A program made the translations under genes and the position numbers. Shown one piece after another: positions 25,506-39,400 of a stretch of 64,000 bases of DNA. Positions within the stretch are counted from its first letter, which is position 1. Each line of letters begins with the position of its first letter. Source of the DNA: Balanoglossus misakiensis (Eukaryota; Animalia; Hemichordata); the NCBI GenBank assembly GCA_040954595.2, contig CM082592.2, positions 6,931,677 to 6,995,676 on the forward strand, written 5' to 3'. The notes below the pieces were generated by a model. The model did not search any database, was not told the DNA's origin, and saw nothing but the letters and a program-made list of their open reading frames with translations.

Positions 25506-27113
25506 TATAGATTTAATTGATATTATTAATACTTCCATCTCTCCACCTACCACTAAAACTTAGCTCCCCCTCACTAGTACGGTATAGACAAGCCTTCTTT
25601 ATCTCAATGACATCACGTAAAAAGTTCCTTTTGAGTGTTACTATGTACCTGAAAAATCACATGTAAATGTTACAAATGTTACAAGTATTTTGAAAGCCAC
25701 TTGGTAAAATGTCCACTGTTGACGAGAGATGAGAATTCGAGAAAAAAAAATTCTATCGTGTGTGTACTTGAGTATTGACTATCAGTCTCATATTCAACAA
25801 ATGTCCTAGCCCAGTTGAGCATGCCAAGGCATTTGTAACTTACTTTGAATGTAAAATATCATGCAGGGTTAATCTTATATTCCAAGTGTTTCTAATCAGT
25901 CTGCCTGCAAATACAGGCAAGACGAACGCCTTCATTAATCCGACCCAGGAATCAATTTTACTGAATAGCGCCATCTTGAGCCCAGAACAAGATATGATTT
26001 CCACAATCTTCCCGTGTTGTACGTCAGCCAGAAACATTGTCTCTGAGCTAGAATGTGTAGACCTATACATAACTTACAAGGGGCTTATTTTTTTCCCAAA
26101 ATAAATACCGTCAATAATATGAGGAAGAGTAGAAACATGGTGAAAGTGTAGAAAACGTTGATACAATTTGATACATTTTTTACTAAATTGCACAATACAT
26201 ACACTGCTTATATATTTTTTTTGCTATTTTTTCTTGTAGTACCATTTCCCACAAAAACCCCTCAGCCAGAATGACAACGAAGTCAGTCTAGCAATTCATA
26301 TAATCTCAGATACAGTACATTTATATCTGTCAAATGACTTTCTCAAGTAACATTTAAAACTGATAAATATACTATGGATAAATATGGCCAGGAATATTTT
26401 ATAAACTAAGTACCGTACACCTTTTGCAGAATAGTAAAAAGTCTGTAAGAAGCAATAAATAAAGTTTTAGAAAATCATCAATTTCCCCACCCCTCATAAC
26501 CCAAAGGTCAACCCCCTCCAATTATATCCTGAAGTCCTTCCCCTCCCCTGTTTCCCTGGTGATTGTATCTGTCCATGATTGAAAAGAAAAGGATGTTCCA
26601 TCCACAGGAAGGGGGGAGGCAGGATTGAATTGCCATGTCCACGATTTGAAATGAAATCCTACGACTGATAATGTGTTAATAACTTCATTTTTATAATATC
26701 CACCGATTCCTTAATGTAAAGGACTGTATCAAACTTATCCCAAAAGTGGGGAAATTTATAGAGAGAATTGTTTGATTGATCCGACATCCTACATCAGGAT
26801 GCAGGTATCAAAATTTCAGTGTTTTATTTTCGTGCCCTGTAAATTGATTTCGGTTTCCCAAATTCTTTTCGTCGTGACTAAAAACAAGTGCCGTCATTAC
26901 TACGCATGATTGGACCCCTATATTCGCCTTACTTTCCAAGCTTAGTACTCGTCTAGATCTACAGCATCATTTCGTGTCTGAAACAGACGTACTAGCTTAC
27001 GTGTCGCGTTTCTGAATTTTACATACTCATCATTGTTTTGAAAATGACAAAGGGCACTTTGTTTGTTCATGATGATGACGCGTTAATGCACATTGAAAGT
27101 CGACGCGGGCCGA

Positions 27114-27404
27114 CTACAATCCCGTCTCGAACTTGACCCCGCTGGTTGACGCTCGGTGTGCGGTGGGCGGTCGGTGTTGCGTGAACGATCTGGCCGGGGC
27201 CAGGCCGTGACCCTGGCCGGAGGTGATTGTCCCCTGATAGGAGGCCACCCGGCGCGCTGGCTGCTTCGCTTGCGCCTTCGCCACCTGGCACTGACCGGGC
27301 AGACTGAAGCACCCTTTGCGCAAAACCATGCGGGAGTTCCCAACCGCTGGACGCGACGACCGCCCGAGGGTGTTGAGGTGAGCCGCGTAGCCTTCGCTCA
27401 AAAC
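27114..27404 (-). CDS. PITPNM: PITPNM last coding exon
   Basis: [10 protein letters not shown]...[16 protein letters not shown]...FETGL then TAG. Confidence 0.93.
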   Translation of the reverse strand, partial: VLSEGYAAHLNTLGRSSRPAVGNSRMVLRKGCFSLPGQCQVAKAQAKQPARRVASYQGTITSGQGHGLAPARSFTQHRPPTAHRASTSGVKFETGL

Positions 27405-30400
27405 CTGGGTTTTGATAAATAAAAAAAGATAGCGCGTCTTCGTTTAGTTCTAATCTCAGACTTCTGTAGAAAGCGCACTTGAGCTAGCACTGGTGCCAGT
27501 TAAAAGCCATGTCTGCATGCTCTGCTCTGCTCCGCTCTTGTCTATGCTGTACCAGATATGGAACAAAGGTTTATCGACAGTGAAAAACATTCGAGATTTT
27601 TGGTCCCGAGGACTGAACTCACCTGTGCCAGTGAGTGGTTTTTCTTCGAAGACTTGCCCACGATGAAGATCTGATGAGGCTGCAAGCCTATAGAACTGTA
27701 TACACTGATGTCCTTGTTGGAGCCGTATGCCGCGTGTATCACCATTTTTGTCTGTAATCGGTTCACAGAGAAGCCAGTCAGTGAGGTCATTCCCATAAAC
27801 CACCACAGTACCGGTAATTTACACCGACAACTCAAAACCAAGAGTAATTTAGACCAAACTCACATCCTGCATCAAATTCCGCAGATAATTTGCCTTCTGT
27901 CGGAGAGGATCGGCGGACAGGCCATCGCAGAAGTTGACCATGCCGTGCGGGAAGTTGTGCTGGGCCAGCCATTCCAGAACCTTGTGCTTCTGCATGTCGG
28001 GTCTTCCCGTCACGTACAGGATGAGGTAACCAAGCTCTTGCCAGTGTCTGTGGAGGAGGGAAGAATTATGGTTCAGAAAAATTGATGTCTTTGAGTGATT
28101 AGAAAAAGGTTTCTCAAAATATATCCGCTCTGATAATTATGAAAATTCTAATATTTTATTTCATGATGACAAACATAAAGTTAAATTCTCGTGAAAAGCG
28201 GAGGCAGATCGCAAACCTGACGACATCCACAGCTCCCGCACGGACTTTCGGATCCTTTCCCATGATAGACACGCTTGCTGTAAATGAACCGTCAATGCTA
28301 AACACCACTGCCTCAGTGCGTGGTGGCAACACTAACAGATAGCTGTCGGCTGACGTATGGTCTCCCCTGAAGAAAAAATAAAAAAATCAGAAAAAAATAA
28401 ATAATTATGGCATGTATATTAATGATGCGAGTTTCACAAAATACTCCCCAGAATTCAAGATCCTGCATTGTAACATTCAGACACAATCTCTACTGAAATT
28501 GACCAATCTGTTCAAAATTTGCTCTTTCTATCAGCATGCAAGCTAACACTCATTTTTTTCATATTGGTTGGATCTTATTACCTGACAACAATTTTGACTG
28601 GATAGAGTCCGTGCCCCAGGCGACGGGCTTCAGGTATGGTGTACGATATTCTGCCATGGTTACTGGTCGTCACGGTATCGAAGTAGACCCACTCGCCAGA
28701 CGGTGGCTGGGTCATTACGTGGATATCCACCTGAGAGATGAAAAACAGCCGGCAGGTCAGTGAACGTTGCCATGGTAGCCGGCATATTCAGATCTCTTCT
28801 GTACACAGTCATAAAATAAGCCATAAAATAAAGAAGGAATACGTCAAAATGCCTTGCACAAAGTTGACAGAATATGAAACAAACCTAAGAAACATTCATT
28901 GCAAGGACTCACTTAACAGTTGATCATATGCTTATCACAATCATCGTTTATTAAAACATAACTGAACCTTGGTAAACTAAAAACCTAAATCCCTAACCCT
29001 AGAATGAAAGTGAAAATCAAGTGCACTGGGTAATATATGACTGTAACAGGCCCCTCATATACAGTCCACACAAAAGATCCTCAGTATGATTAAAGCATAG
29101 CTAATGTTTTTGGACCAAACCATTGAAACTGGAATGAGATACATACTCTTTCCCCAGTCAAGGTGACCATATCCAAAGGCCCGTACATAAATCTTGCCAG
29201 AAGAGTTTGCGGAGATTCCTCGGTGACGATGACGTCATTGCTGCGATGGTTTGGACTCACATTCTGCTCAGAAATGAGAATATGTCATCAACCCTCTCAC
29301 CCCCAGGTCCAACCTTTCCATAGAAATCAATGGGTTTGGACTGAACCATGGAAATGTCCAGTATCCAGCTTAAATAAACATAATGATTGTACATTGTACA
29401 CAGTTAACATAATTCTGGATAAATGTTATATTTTGATTATCATTTAACACTAATCACCTTTAATTTGACATTGGTTCGTCTTCGTTGCCACTTCTCCCGT
29501 GGCTGAGCTGGCGTAAATGATGGCAGAATCTTCTGTTCTTCGCTGAGGTGAACGCTGACAGTGTCATGGTGCATGATCTGAATAAACAGAAAAGACACCA
29601 CGTGTAATGAATGCACAATCTAACAAACAATCTGTCCATGTTTATCTCTGCTTACAATAGTCTTTTAATTCTGCCAAAAACAGACCAAGAATATGCCATG
29701 ATATATGAAACTTTCAATTTTGAAATAGTGAATGAAACCATTCGTATTTTTTTCACGGACCCTTCAAGGGAAATGATCCAATATGGCTGCTTGGTGGCCA
29801 TTTTGTTACCTTTCAGACATGCCTAAACTGATTTGAAACTTCCATTTTGCATGAATTTTCAATAAGGTTGAAAAGAAAGTGTGAATGGACAGAAAACAGA
29901 AATCATCTGTTGTGACTAAATCTTTACTGTATGAATGATTGCTACAAAACAAAACTACTGTACATGAGAAAACAAAGCTATAAAAATTAATAGCAGATAA
30001 AGATAGAAAAAAAGAAGTGCATGTATTAAAGACAGCAACATTACACGTATATCAAAACATGGCATGGATTGGGAGGGAACTATATGATGGGAGTGATTTT
30101 GGGTGGGGTGAGGGGTTTGTGTAGAGGGACCATGATATTTGGGGGGGGGGGTGCTGGTGCTGTGATGGAAGAGATACCTTCATGTCACAGGAATATTCCA
30201 TTCCCTACGGGGTGTTCAAATTGGAAAATGATCAAGTATATAAACAGAACTTCTTGTCAGCGACCCACCATAGGCAGATGCTGACTGGCACAAATATGCA
30301 TAAAAACACACACCCGCATACGCACTACTTTCATGCCAACTTTCTGACTAAATTGAAACCAAAAGTATATCTCCAGGAAAAGAGTAAACAATCACCACGG

Positions 30401-33400
30401 AAACCCCCGAGAATTTTACTGTGGTTCCATGATAATCTATTGCCTCAATCACAAAGACAGGCTCCCAGGGAGTATGGCAAATTTATGTCAGCAAGCCGTC
30501 TACACTAACATCTACACAGCTTCCTAACAATCAGAATTAACACACAGTCGATCACCAAACTAAACAGCTTTGCAATTGCTTGCATATAGTGCTGGTTTCA
30601 TGCTATTTTGAACATAACTCTTAGCCGTGCCTTCTGAATCAAAAAAAAAGAAAAGAAAAACCAAAATCAATAATTTGAGTTTTTAATGGACCCTTAAGGG
30701 CAAGCAATCATAATGCCTCTTCACCTTAAAAATTTGCAGTATCTCTTCAGACTGGAAGATCTGTAAGCAAGGATAGAGATTATGTGCTCAGGATACCAGA
30801 ATAGTGCCAAGTTCCTTAAGTACCGGGGAAGAGTAGAGGGGAAAGGGGAGAGTTCCGGGGCAGCGGGAATGGGGTGGGTAAACGGGACAGGGAAACGTCA
30901 CGGCAAAATCCAAACAGAAACAAAGTGCCTCAATCTGCAAAACTGTAGAGATACGACAGCAGGGTTTCACCAAAGTACGCTTCAGATTCATATTTTGATA
31001 AATTCTGATTAAATACACCATGCAGGGCAACAACATTAAACACATTTACAGTGCTTGGGAAATCTGACTTAGTAATTAAACTACATCATTGTTGGCAAGT
31101 TTGACAGAAATCTGCATACCTGTCTCAGTATGAACGCCACGACGTCCGTGGACTCCCAGTAGCTGGCGTGGAACAGATGCGGTAGGGCTCCCGTCGGAAA
31201 CGCCTGCAACGCTTCCGGGCAGTACAGGGCGTAGTCCAGTCGCTTGGTCCCCCACCATTTACTCACAACTGAAACAGGATACACAGGAATTGAGAATTGC
31301 ATGATTATTTCCTACTGCTGTGTTATTATTAGTACATTTGTCTTGTTCTAAATGCAGACTGTTACTGTATGGCCAGTTTTGGTTGTAAAACTTGGCAACT
31401 GTGGTGAGTTGTTCGGTTTGGGTTGTACTTACTATTTGACAACTGAGAGGAGTTTGTGATCACGTCCGAACTACTGATGCTCCCCTGGCTGGGGTGTCTC
31501 TGCAGAGTCCCTGCTCCTCCCTCGCCAAACAGGAAAGAATTGCTACTGACGATATCGGCTGTCGGAAGAACAAAAAGAAGATGCACATTAATTGACGGTG
31601 ATCAGCAGGGTTTATTTTGGACGAAATATTTCACTAGTTTATATTTGTACCTATATGAATATTTGAAAGCACTCATTTCAAAACTAATTCCAGATTAAGA
31701 GCACATATGCCATTTACCTATATTGATTGAGTGTCCATCGCCCAGTGGGAACTTCTGGTACCTGGGAACTGTGGAGGGCGGCAAGAGAGTGAACTTGGCA
31801 TTCAGCAAGGGCTCCAGTCGACTGGCTGACGGATCCGTGCGATGAAAGAGATTGTATATCTGACTGCAGCATGCCTGTAGCGGTGTGGCTGCAATTGAGG
31901 AGAGTGTCAAGACGGAAAAGTCAGGTATCATTCAATGGGTTGGCTGATTGTACCAAACTGCCCAAACTTAAAAAATTCTGCATAGTATGAAATCCTCTGC
32001 TCACGTGTGATGTTAGTTTTCTCATTATTAATCTCTGTGTCACAGAAACAAAGTTTCAAGAAGTCAGGCTTACCTGAAAATTTGTCGTCGGCATGGAGCA
32101 TCTTGCGGTAGGCCAGGACCAGAGCCAACGGCGACCCGAACATGAAGAAATCGCTGGCCTCGAAGTCGAACCTCGGAAGGTGGTTGTCCGGCGGGAACTG
32201 ACTTCCAATGCTGGCGCGTCTGGAGTCGTTGCTGCGCGTGCAGCTCAGCTGCTGGTGCCCAGCTCGCGAGCCGAACGAGAAGCTGGTGTCGCGCTGGAAC
32301 GGCGAGACCGACAGCGGCGATTTCTTCGTGGGGTCGCCGTTCCCCGGCGGCGGGCCGTCCGCGTCCACGTGGTGCAGGTCGCCGCTGCTGCAGCTCATGG
32401 GATGCGAGGAGTGGAGGTGCTCGTCCTGGTGCGGCTCGCTGGATTCGCTCTCCACCATGCTCATCTGGCTGCCCCTTCGGCTAGTCAATAGAGGGCGGCA
32501 TAACGCGTCGTAGCCCAAGATGGCGCCCATGCTGTCTCCAATCAAACAAACCTTTCGGAAACAATTACGAGTTTTCCTTGAAGTCAATTTGTAACAGTCA
32601 GCGGTATTTAAGATGCTCATCAACCATACATGATCCAACCTACAGAACACAAACTACACCACTGTGCACCTTTAAGGCTTAAAGTCCAACCCCAGAGTTA
32701 TAATTGTGATGGGAATGTTTTTATTGAAAACTTTTACTATTTCTGCAAGTACCAAACACAGAGGCAAGATACAAGATTTTTCATTAGCTATGCAAGAAGC
32801 TTTGAATTATAAAATCTGAAAAACAACTGACCTGTCCATTAAATCCTAAACCCTCCTCTGACTTCATAAAATCGTTGAAGACTGAGTTCGCTTTGTTGAT
32901 GACAGTTGATATGATATCTGTGTATTCCGGACTGGATGTTGCCATGACCGGCAGAGCTCCCAGCGGGAGGAAGTCGCCACATCCGGTGGACTGAGAGTTG
33001 TCGTTCAGTGGTGATTTGGTGTCATAGCTGTATGGACTGATGCTATGGGGGGATAACGGGAAAATGCAGGTGGCTGTGGTTAGGGGTGTGGTCACTTTAA
33101 AGGGGAAGTTCATTTTAACTTTAAAGGGGCAAAGTCATGAACTTCTGACATATATTTTGGAGATGTTAGTTACACTAGATCCAATGGTACTGACTACATT
33201 TTCACACATCAAGTCCACTCAACAGGGTTATAATGCACTTTGCCAGTTTCTGGTCTTTTGTGGCCTCACATGATCACGTTATTTGTGGATAACGCGGACG
33301 CAGTACAAGCTGATCAAAACAGATAGACCTGTCAAAGCTGATAGCTACAGACCTAGCTGCAATGACTGTAGCGGGTGCTGCTAGGTTGAGTGGTGAGGTT

Positions 33401-36400
33401 GCGAACACACCATTCAACCCAGCAGCACCATGCAGCTACAATCATTGCAGCTACTACATACCTGGTCAGGATGTTCAACGACTCGGTACAGGTGGCCGGA
33501 CAGTTGACCAGCTTGATGGCCATTCGACCGTGGGCCGCCGGGAAGTGGGCGCGCACCACGGCGTCGAGCGCGGCGGAGAACGTGTTCACGTCGACGTGCT
33601 TGGAGTTGATGTCCTGGCCGCCGTCCAGGATGTTGCCTCCGTGGAGAATGAGAAAGAGCCAGTGGATGCCGCAGTGGTGTTGCTCGTGGCGCTGCTGCGT
33701 GGGCGACGACATCTCCATGCTGGTCTGCCGCAGCGACGAGACGCGGTTCTTGCTGAAGAGGGTCGGGCTTCCCATGTCACCTGTGTCAAGAGGGAGTAAT
33801 CACCAATCAAACAAAACCCCATGATAGTTCACAAACTTCAAGAATTTCATTTCTCGTGGTAAAAGTTTCAAACGGTTGCATATCTGATTAAATGTTTATT
33901 ATTTGAGAAAATATTATACCAGCATCTTCATCGATAGAAGTCTCGGACAGTTCTCTCATCAGCATTTCCTCGGAGCTCCACTTGGTCAGCCCGGCTTGAA
34001 TATTCTCGTTGACATCTTCTGTAAAGACAGTAGAAAAGCACATAAAGTTTGGCTAAGCATGTCTGATGGATTAAAGCACTCACATTTTACTAGTCTGAGG
34101 GCTGTGAGAGTGTAAAAATGCCAAAAATCTTTGTACAGTGGTAAGAGATATCCTACCTTGTGCATCGTAAAATTCATCATCAGAGCTGTCCGTATCCCTG
34201 ACGATTGAGTTCATCCTCCACTCAGACAACGTAGCAACTGCAGAACCTACAATGCAAGAATAAAATTTGGAGAAAGGTCAACAATACATGATTTTCACAG
34301 ACTCTGTTTCCCGTTTTGGTAATGTGGCAGAAAGCCACAAGAAAGTACAGGAAACAAAATTTGAGCTACTCACTATGGGAATCGGCGGAGAGTCTATTGG
34401 ACAATTTCCTCTTCCCAGTGGGCGCAATCCCGGGCTCCGCAGCGGGATCAATAGTACTCGGGCTGTCTTCCGACGCGGAGCCCAGACTCTCTAAATCGAC
34501 GATATTTGCCGCCGGTGGCGACGATGTGTCTTCGTCTGGTTCTTCACTGTCCGCCATTTTCTGTGCCAGTTCCTTCTGCGCTTCCATCTCTAACTGTCTG
34601 ATGTCACTGATGTCTAACCCGCTCCACTCGTCCTGCCAGCACCAGGCCTGTCGGTGGGCTCGCACCATGGTTTTCCTCAGAGCTGTTCCAAGAAAAAGTG
34701 TGGTTACCCATACGTGTAGTCCACGGCACACAATCTGACCTTTAACCCTTATCACCTTCCCGTCATTACAATATACTTAAACACAGTGCAAATTAGCACT
34801 CTATGACACATACATACTGTTGTTTTATGCACTTTGTACAGACTGTAAATTATTATATTATACCAGCACATGATTATTTATCCTGCACATTTAAGTAATT
34901 CTTTTCCCTTCTGGTAATAATGTCAAATTATTCACATAATCTGACAAATGTATCACTTATAATTCCAGAGAATTCCAAAAACACCTAGACAAACGCTCAA
35001 CTTCACCTCGACTGTACATTAATTTGCTTTCATTTATTTCTTGTGTATTCGAAGTTTAAAATCTGAATTGAACAAGTGCGGTACTTACCTACATCATGTA
35101 TAAATCTCTCAATCTTATTCTGCATCCCCCAGTACCGAAACTCCACCCTACAAAGTTTGTAGGCGCACATCACTTTCTTGTCTAACGTTCTCCTCCTGTG
35201 ACTCTCTGTGCATTCTTTCAGCCAGTCCTCGTTCAAGGGACCGCGACCGGTCTTCTTGGAAACGTAATATTTGGGATCCTCCTCTCGCTTGTACTCACTG
35301 CTGGACACCGCGTCTTTGACGATGTCCAGTCTGTCTGGAGAGGAATAAAACGACAATAAAGTCATTTATTGTCAGTGAAGGAACTACAGAATAATAAAGT
35401 TACCACTTGAAGACTGAAAATTTTAAAACTCACATGTTACTCCAGACCTCGTAGAATAATGAATGCTTTTTGGACCATCACAAAAATGAAGCACGGATGA
35501 AAGTGTTGAGGTAGTTTCTGGGGTAAAATTTCAGAATCAATGTCTGGTGTGTAATACTAGTGTAAAAAGTACAGGTTCTAGTGACCTACTTTGGGTTGTG
35601 TGGAAAAAACTTTCAAACGGTTGCATATTTGATTAAAGTCTTGATCACTATAGATCACAAGGGACATGCTTCATTACTGATATTAATGTCCCAACCCGAA
35701 AATTACAATTCATCAACATGGCATTTTTCAGAAATCCAATTAAGCAATCTGATCCTTAGAGCACACATACAACACTGATGATTCGGACGACTTTTCTTCC
35801 TCTATGTTTCTCTTGCCTGGCCAACCTTTGTTATTCCTTTATCAAATCAAATAGATCTTCTGGCATATAACCGTCATCTGCCCTCCCCCCAGCAATATTA
35901 TATGCTATTTTGTGACTCACTTGAGTGACTATTACTATCCCAATTTTTTACACAAGAAAACATGCTGGAATTGAGGATTTGAAGCAGCTTATGTCACGAC
36001 TGCCATTTACTTTTTAGACATCATGACGAGAAACAAATAAAAAATAATGGCACTCCTGAGTTTTAAAAATTGATTGATACCGCTCATAATGACGACAATA
36101 AAAATTGCAATTAATTCTGCAAAAATTAATCATATTACGTGTCAACCCTTAATTTGAAGTTGTCTTTCCAATTATAATTACATCATTACGCCAGTATACC
36201 ATGACCAACTAAACCAGCTCTTTCCAACTTACCTAAGATTCTATTTCTAAGTTCCGCTGACGGCAGTTCGAATGTATTTTCTGTTGTTCCCGGATCGGGA
36301 AGATATTTGGTTTCAATTTCCAGAGAAAATTTTTCCACGAACGGACAGGTGTATCGTGTCTTCGTGTACGGATATGCATTCCAGGCTTCTTCTTCCACTC

Positions 36401-39400
36401 GGAGGGCGGACTTGGGAAGAATGGCACGGAACCAACCTGGTGGTGGTGGGAGGTGTCAAAAATTTAAATAATGATTTTATTAACCGCAAAGGAAATGGGT
36501 GAATGTATATGTGTGCTGTAAAAGTAAAACACAAGCCCATTGAGACCAGACCCTCCCCTCCCCATTTCCCTACACATGGATTCATCCATACCACTGCAAA
36601 CAATGAGATCAGATCAAACCCTGGGGGTGTGTGGAACGACTCTGCATATGCTGATTTTTCAAATTGTGATGGAGAATTTGTTTCCACTTGGAAGAATGCA
36701 TAACCACCAAATATTTCTTTGATTTTTTTCTGTGTGATGTGGTCAAACACAAATCATATTTATACATAACCAATGACAGAACACTGATTTGAATATAAGC
36801 TGGTATTCACCTGGTAAATGATTCCCGATGTGATATACTTTGTATGTGTACTGTCCTGAACCACCTGGTCCATTTGTGTAGGGTTTGTTTTCTAAAATTT
36901 CCACGCCACTTCCTTCACCTTGGCTTTCCTCCCGACTTTTTTTCTGAAAAAAAATTAACAACATTCAACGGCCAATCAGTGACATGCTCTATTCCCATAA
37001 CTGAACGTTAACATTTTTAACGCACTATGCACAGCCCAATCCGATCATGTTCCTTTTTATACAATTTTGATGAATATACACGAATACACTAACATGAGTT
37101 GAAATATTTTTCAATTTCTTGGCTCACAGATCAGAAACATTTATTTATATCATGGATCATGGGAGAGTTGTTTTTCAAAATGACACGATCTACGATCCAG
37201 CTTCCATGTCGTACGACTAATCACTCGCAGATACGAGCTTTGAAAAAAATCCTGTCACATTCACACAAGTTAATTTGTCTTCTTAAGAAAAGCATGCCCT
37301 TGTTTATAAAACAAAATTTATCACAAAATGTGATCAGGGTTCAGATGTTTTGCTCGTGATTATAATTAGACTCCGAAGTCGACATGTGATGGAAATGTTA
37401 AAGGGTTTCCCAGAGCCCACACTTATTTGAGGCACAATGCCCACACACTGATCAGTTACCGAGGTTCTCGACCCGACAGTGCAATGTGCGTTGTGGTAAA
37501 CAAGGCGAGGGTGAACGACCGTGTGAGCAGTAATCTGTTTAACATGGCATATATACATTGCATACGCTTGTGACTGTACACAGACAATTTCAGAGAAATC
37601 CATCAATACTCTGGAATCACCTGGTATTACAGACCCTCTTTTTTCTTTAATACAAAGTATCCTTGCCTATCTCAACAGTCAAGGACACTGCATAAATTAC
37701 GTTACCTGCAACATTTCAATCACAGGTGACATTTGTTGACTTGTATTCTGAAATAATCTCATTATTGACACTTTCGCTGAAAAACCTGTCTTCCTTTATC
37801 AGCAGATTATCTGCTGCACGTATTGTGGATCTGACTGTTGTGACCGCGCAATATCCTTCAGCTCGTTATGAAATACTGAAAAACCTGTCCTTCTACGTGG
37901 GAGGGGGTGGCGTGGTACCTAATTAAGACAAATTTCAAATTCTACAAAATGTCAAATATAATTTTTCTTGTCTATGATGAAGGACAACTGTCTTATTACA
38001 GCCACTTTCTAAAGATCTACTGTCCTTGATGAAATGATGTTTAATGCAATTTTATAACGCAACGAATTACTCACTTCCTGTTCGTTCTCATGAAATAAGA
38101 TTCGTGTCACCGTGAACACAAAAACCTGACATGGAATTTCCACCACGGTCAACTTTGATTCCTCATCAAATCCATCAAATATTTATGCCCGTAAACTCTT
38201 TATGTGTGGATTTTGCAATTTAATAATGTCTCCCCAGCTGGCACAGGTCGGCCATTACTGCCTTGACCTTTGCTGCGGAGAGGTCACACCGCTCCGAGTT
38301 AACGGCGTTCCTTAACATGCTGATGAACTTGGGTTATTCCATAATCAATTCAATTAGCGTAACGTTACACAGGCTTTTAAAGTGCTGCCAGATATTTTGT
38401 CAAACTTGGAATCAATTTACATTGTGGTTGTTAAAGTTGTTCATGGCAGAAAAAGATGTGCATATAAAGTAGCAAGTGTACAATCTGCAGTAACTAGCAA
38501 TCTGCAGGTTTATAGTCTGTAGTTAGTAGCCAGCTGCAAGTATTAGTCTCGGTTACCCAGACTCCTCTGCTTCTTCCAGACCCTCTTTTTGGAGGGCAAT
38601 GGAAGAAGCAGAGGAGTCTGGGTAACCGAGACTACTGCAAGTGTGTGCAAGGCTGCAAGTGTGTGGTCTGCAGTAAAAAAGGTCATGAACGGCCCAACAG
38701 AATACAACAGAAGACCTAGCTGCCACAAACTGTCACGACTGCAAGATCCTTATACCTTCATTAAATCTCACCATACATGCATAACGAGGTTTCCGACACT
38801 CATTTAGAAAATGAAACCTGCTGCTTCGAATCCTGCTACAAAAACTGAATGGGAGAGTTTTAGCAAATACATATTTTTACAATATTTTATCGGATTCAGA
38901 ACTAGATATACCGCTTTCAAGGGACACTGGGCGAACAGAGCTGGAGGTATTTCACACATCACTTACGTTCGTTTACACATGATTTAACTTTAAGAACTCC
39001 AAATGTGTTGACAGCGCACACTCAATGTAGTACCCAGACACATGAATTTTCAGTGGACGCCACATTCCAAATGCTCAATATCTATTCTATAGTTATGTCG
39101 TGTCAAAACTGAGGCCACATGGCAGTCGATTTGTGTGCATAGATTCTGACGAAGTGGACAAGACTGAATTAGCTGGTGTTGAAGGAAAGATGATAGGAAT
39201 TTCTGTTTTCCTGTCCTGTACAAGACATTATCACAATGGCATAAAAGAGTGGCCTATTATAGAAACTGTGTGTGTATATATATACCCTTTAATGGCAGCA
39301 GCTATATACAGTACATGACCCAGGATTTTTATTTTTCGCTAATAAATGATGTTCTGATGTAAACTTTGGGTTTTCACATATGTTCTGTCCCAAAGGGACT

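Noticed and set aside
28991-29001. CCCTAACCCTA telomere-like sequence
   Set aside because: Fewer than two repeats, inside a PITPNM intron; expected by chance.
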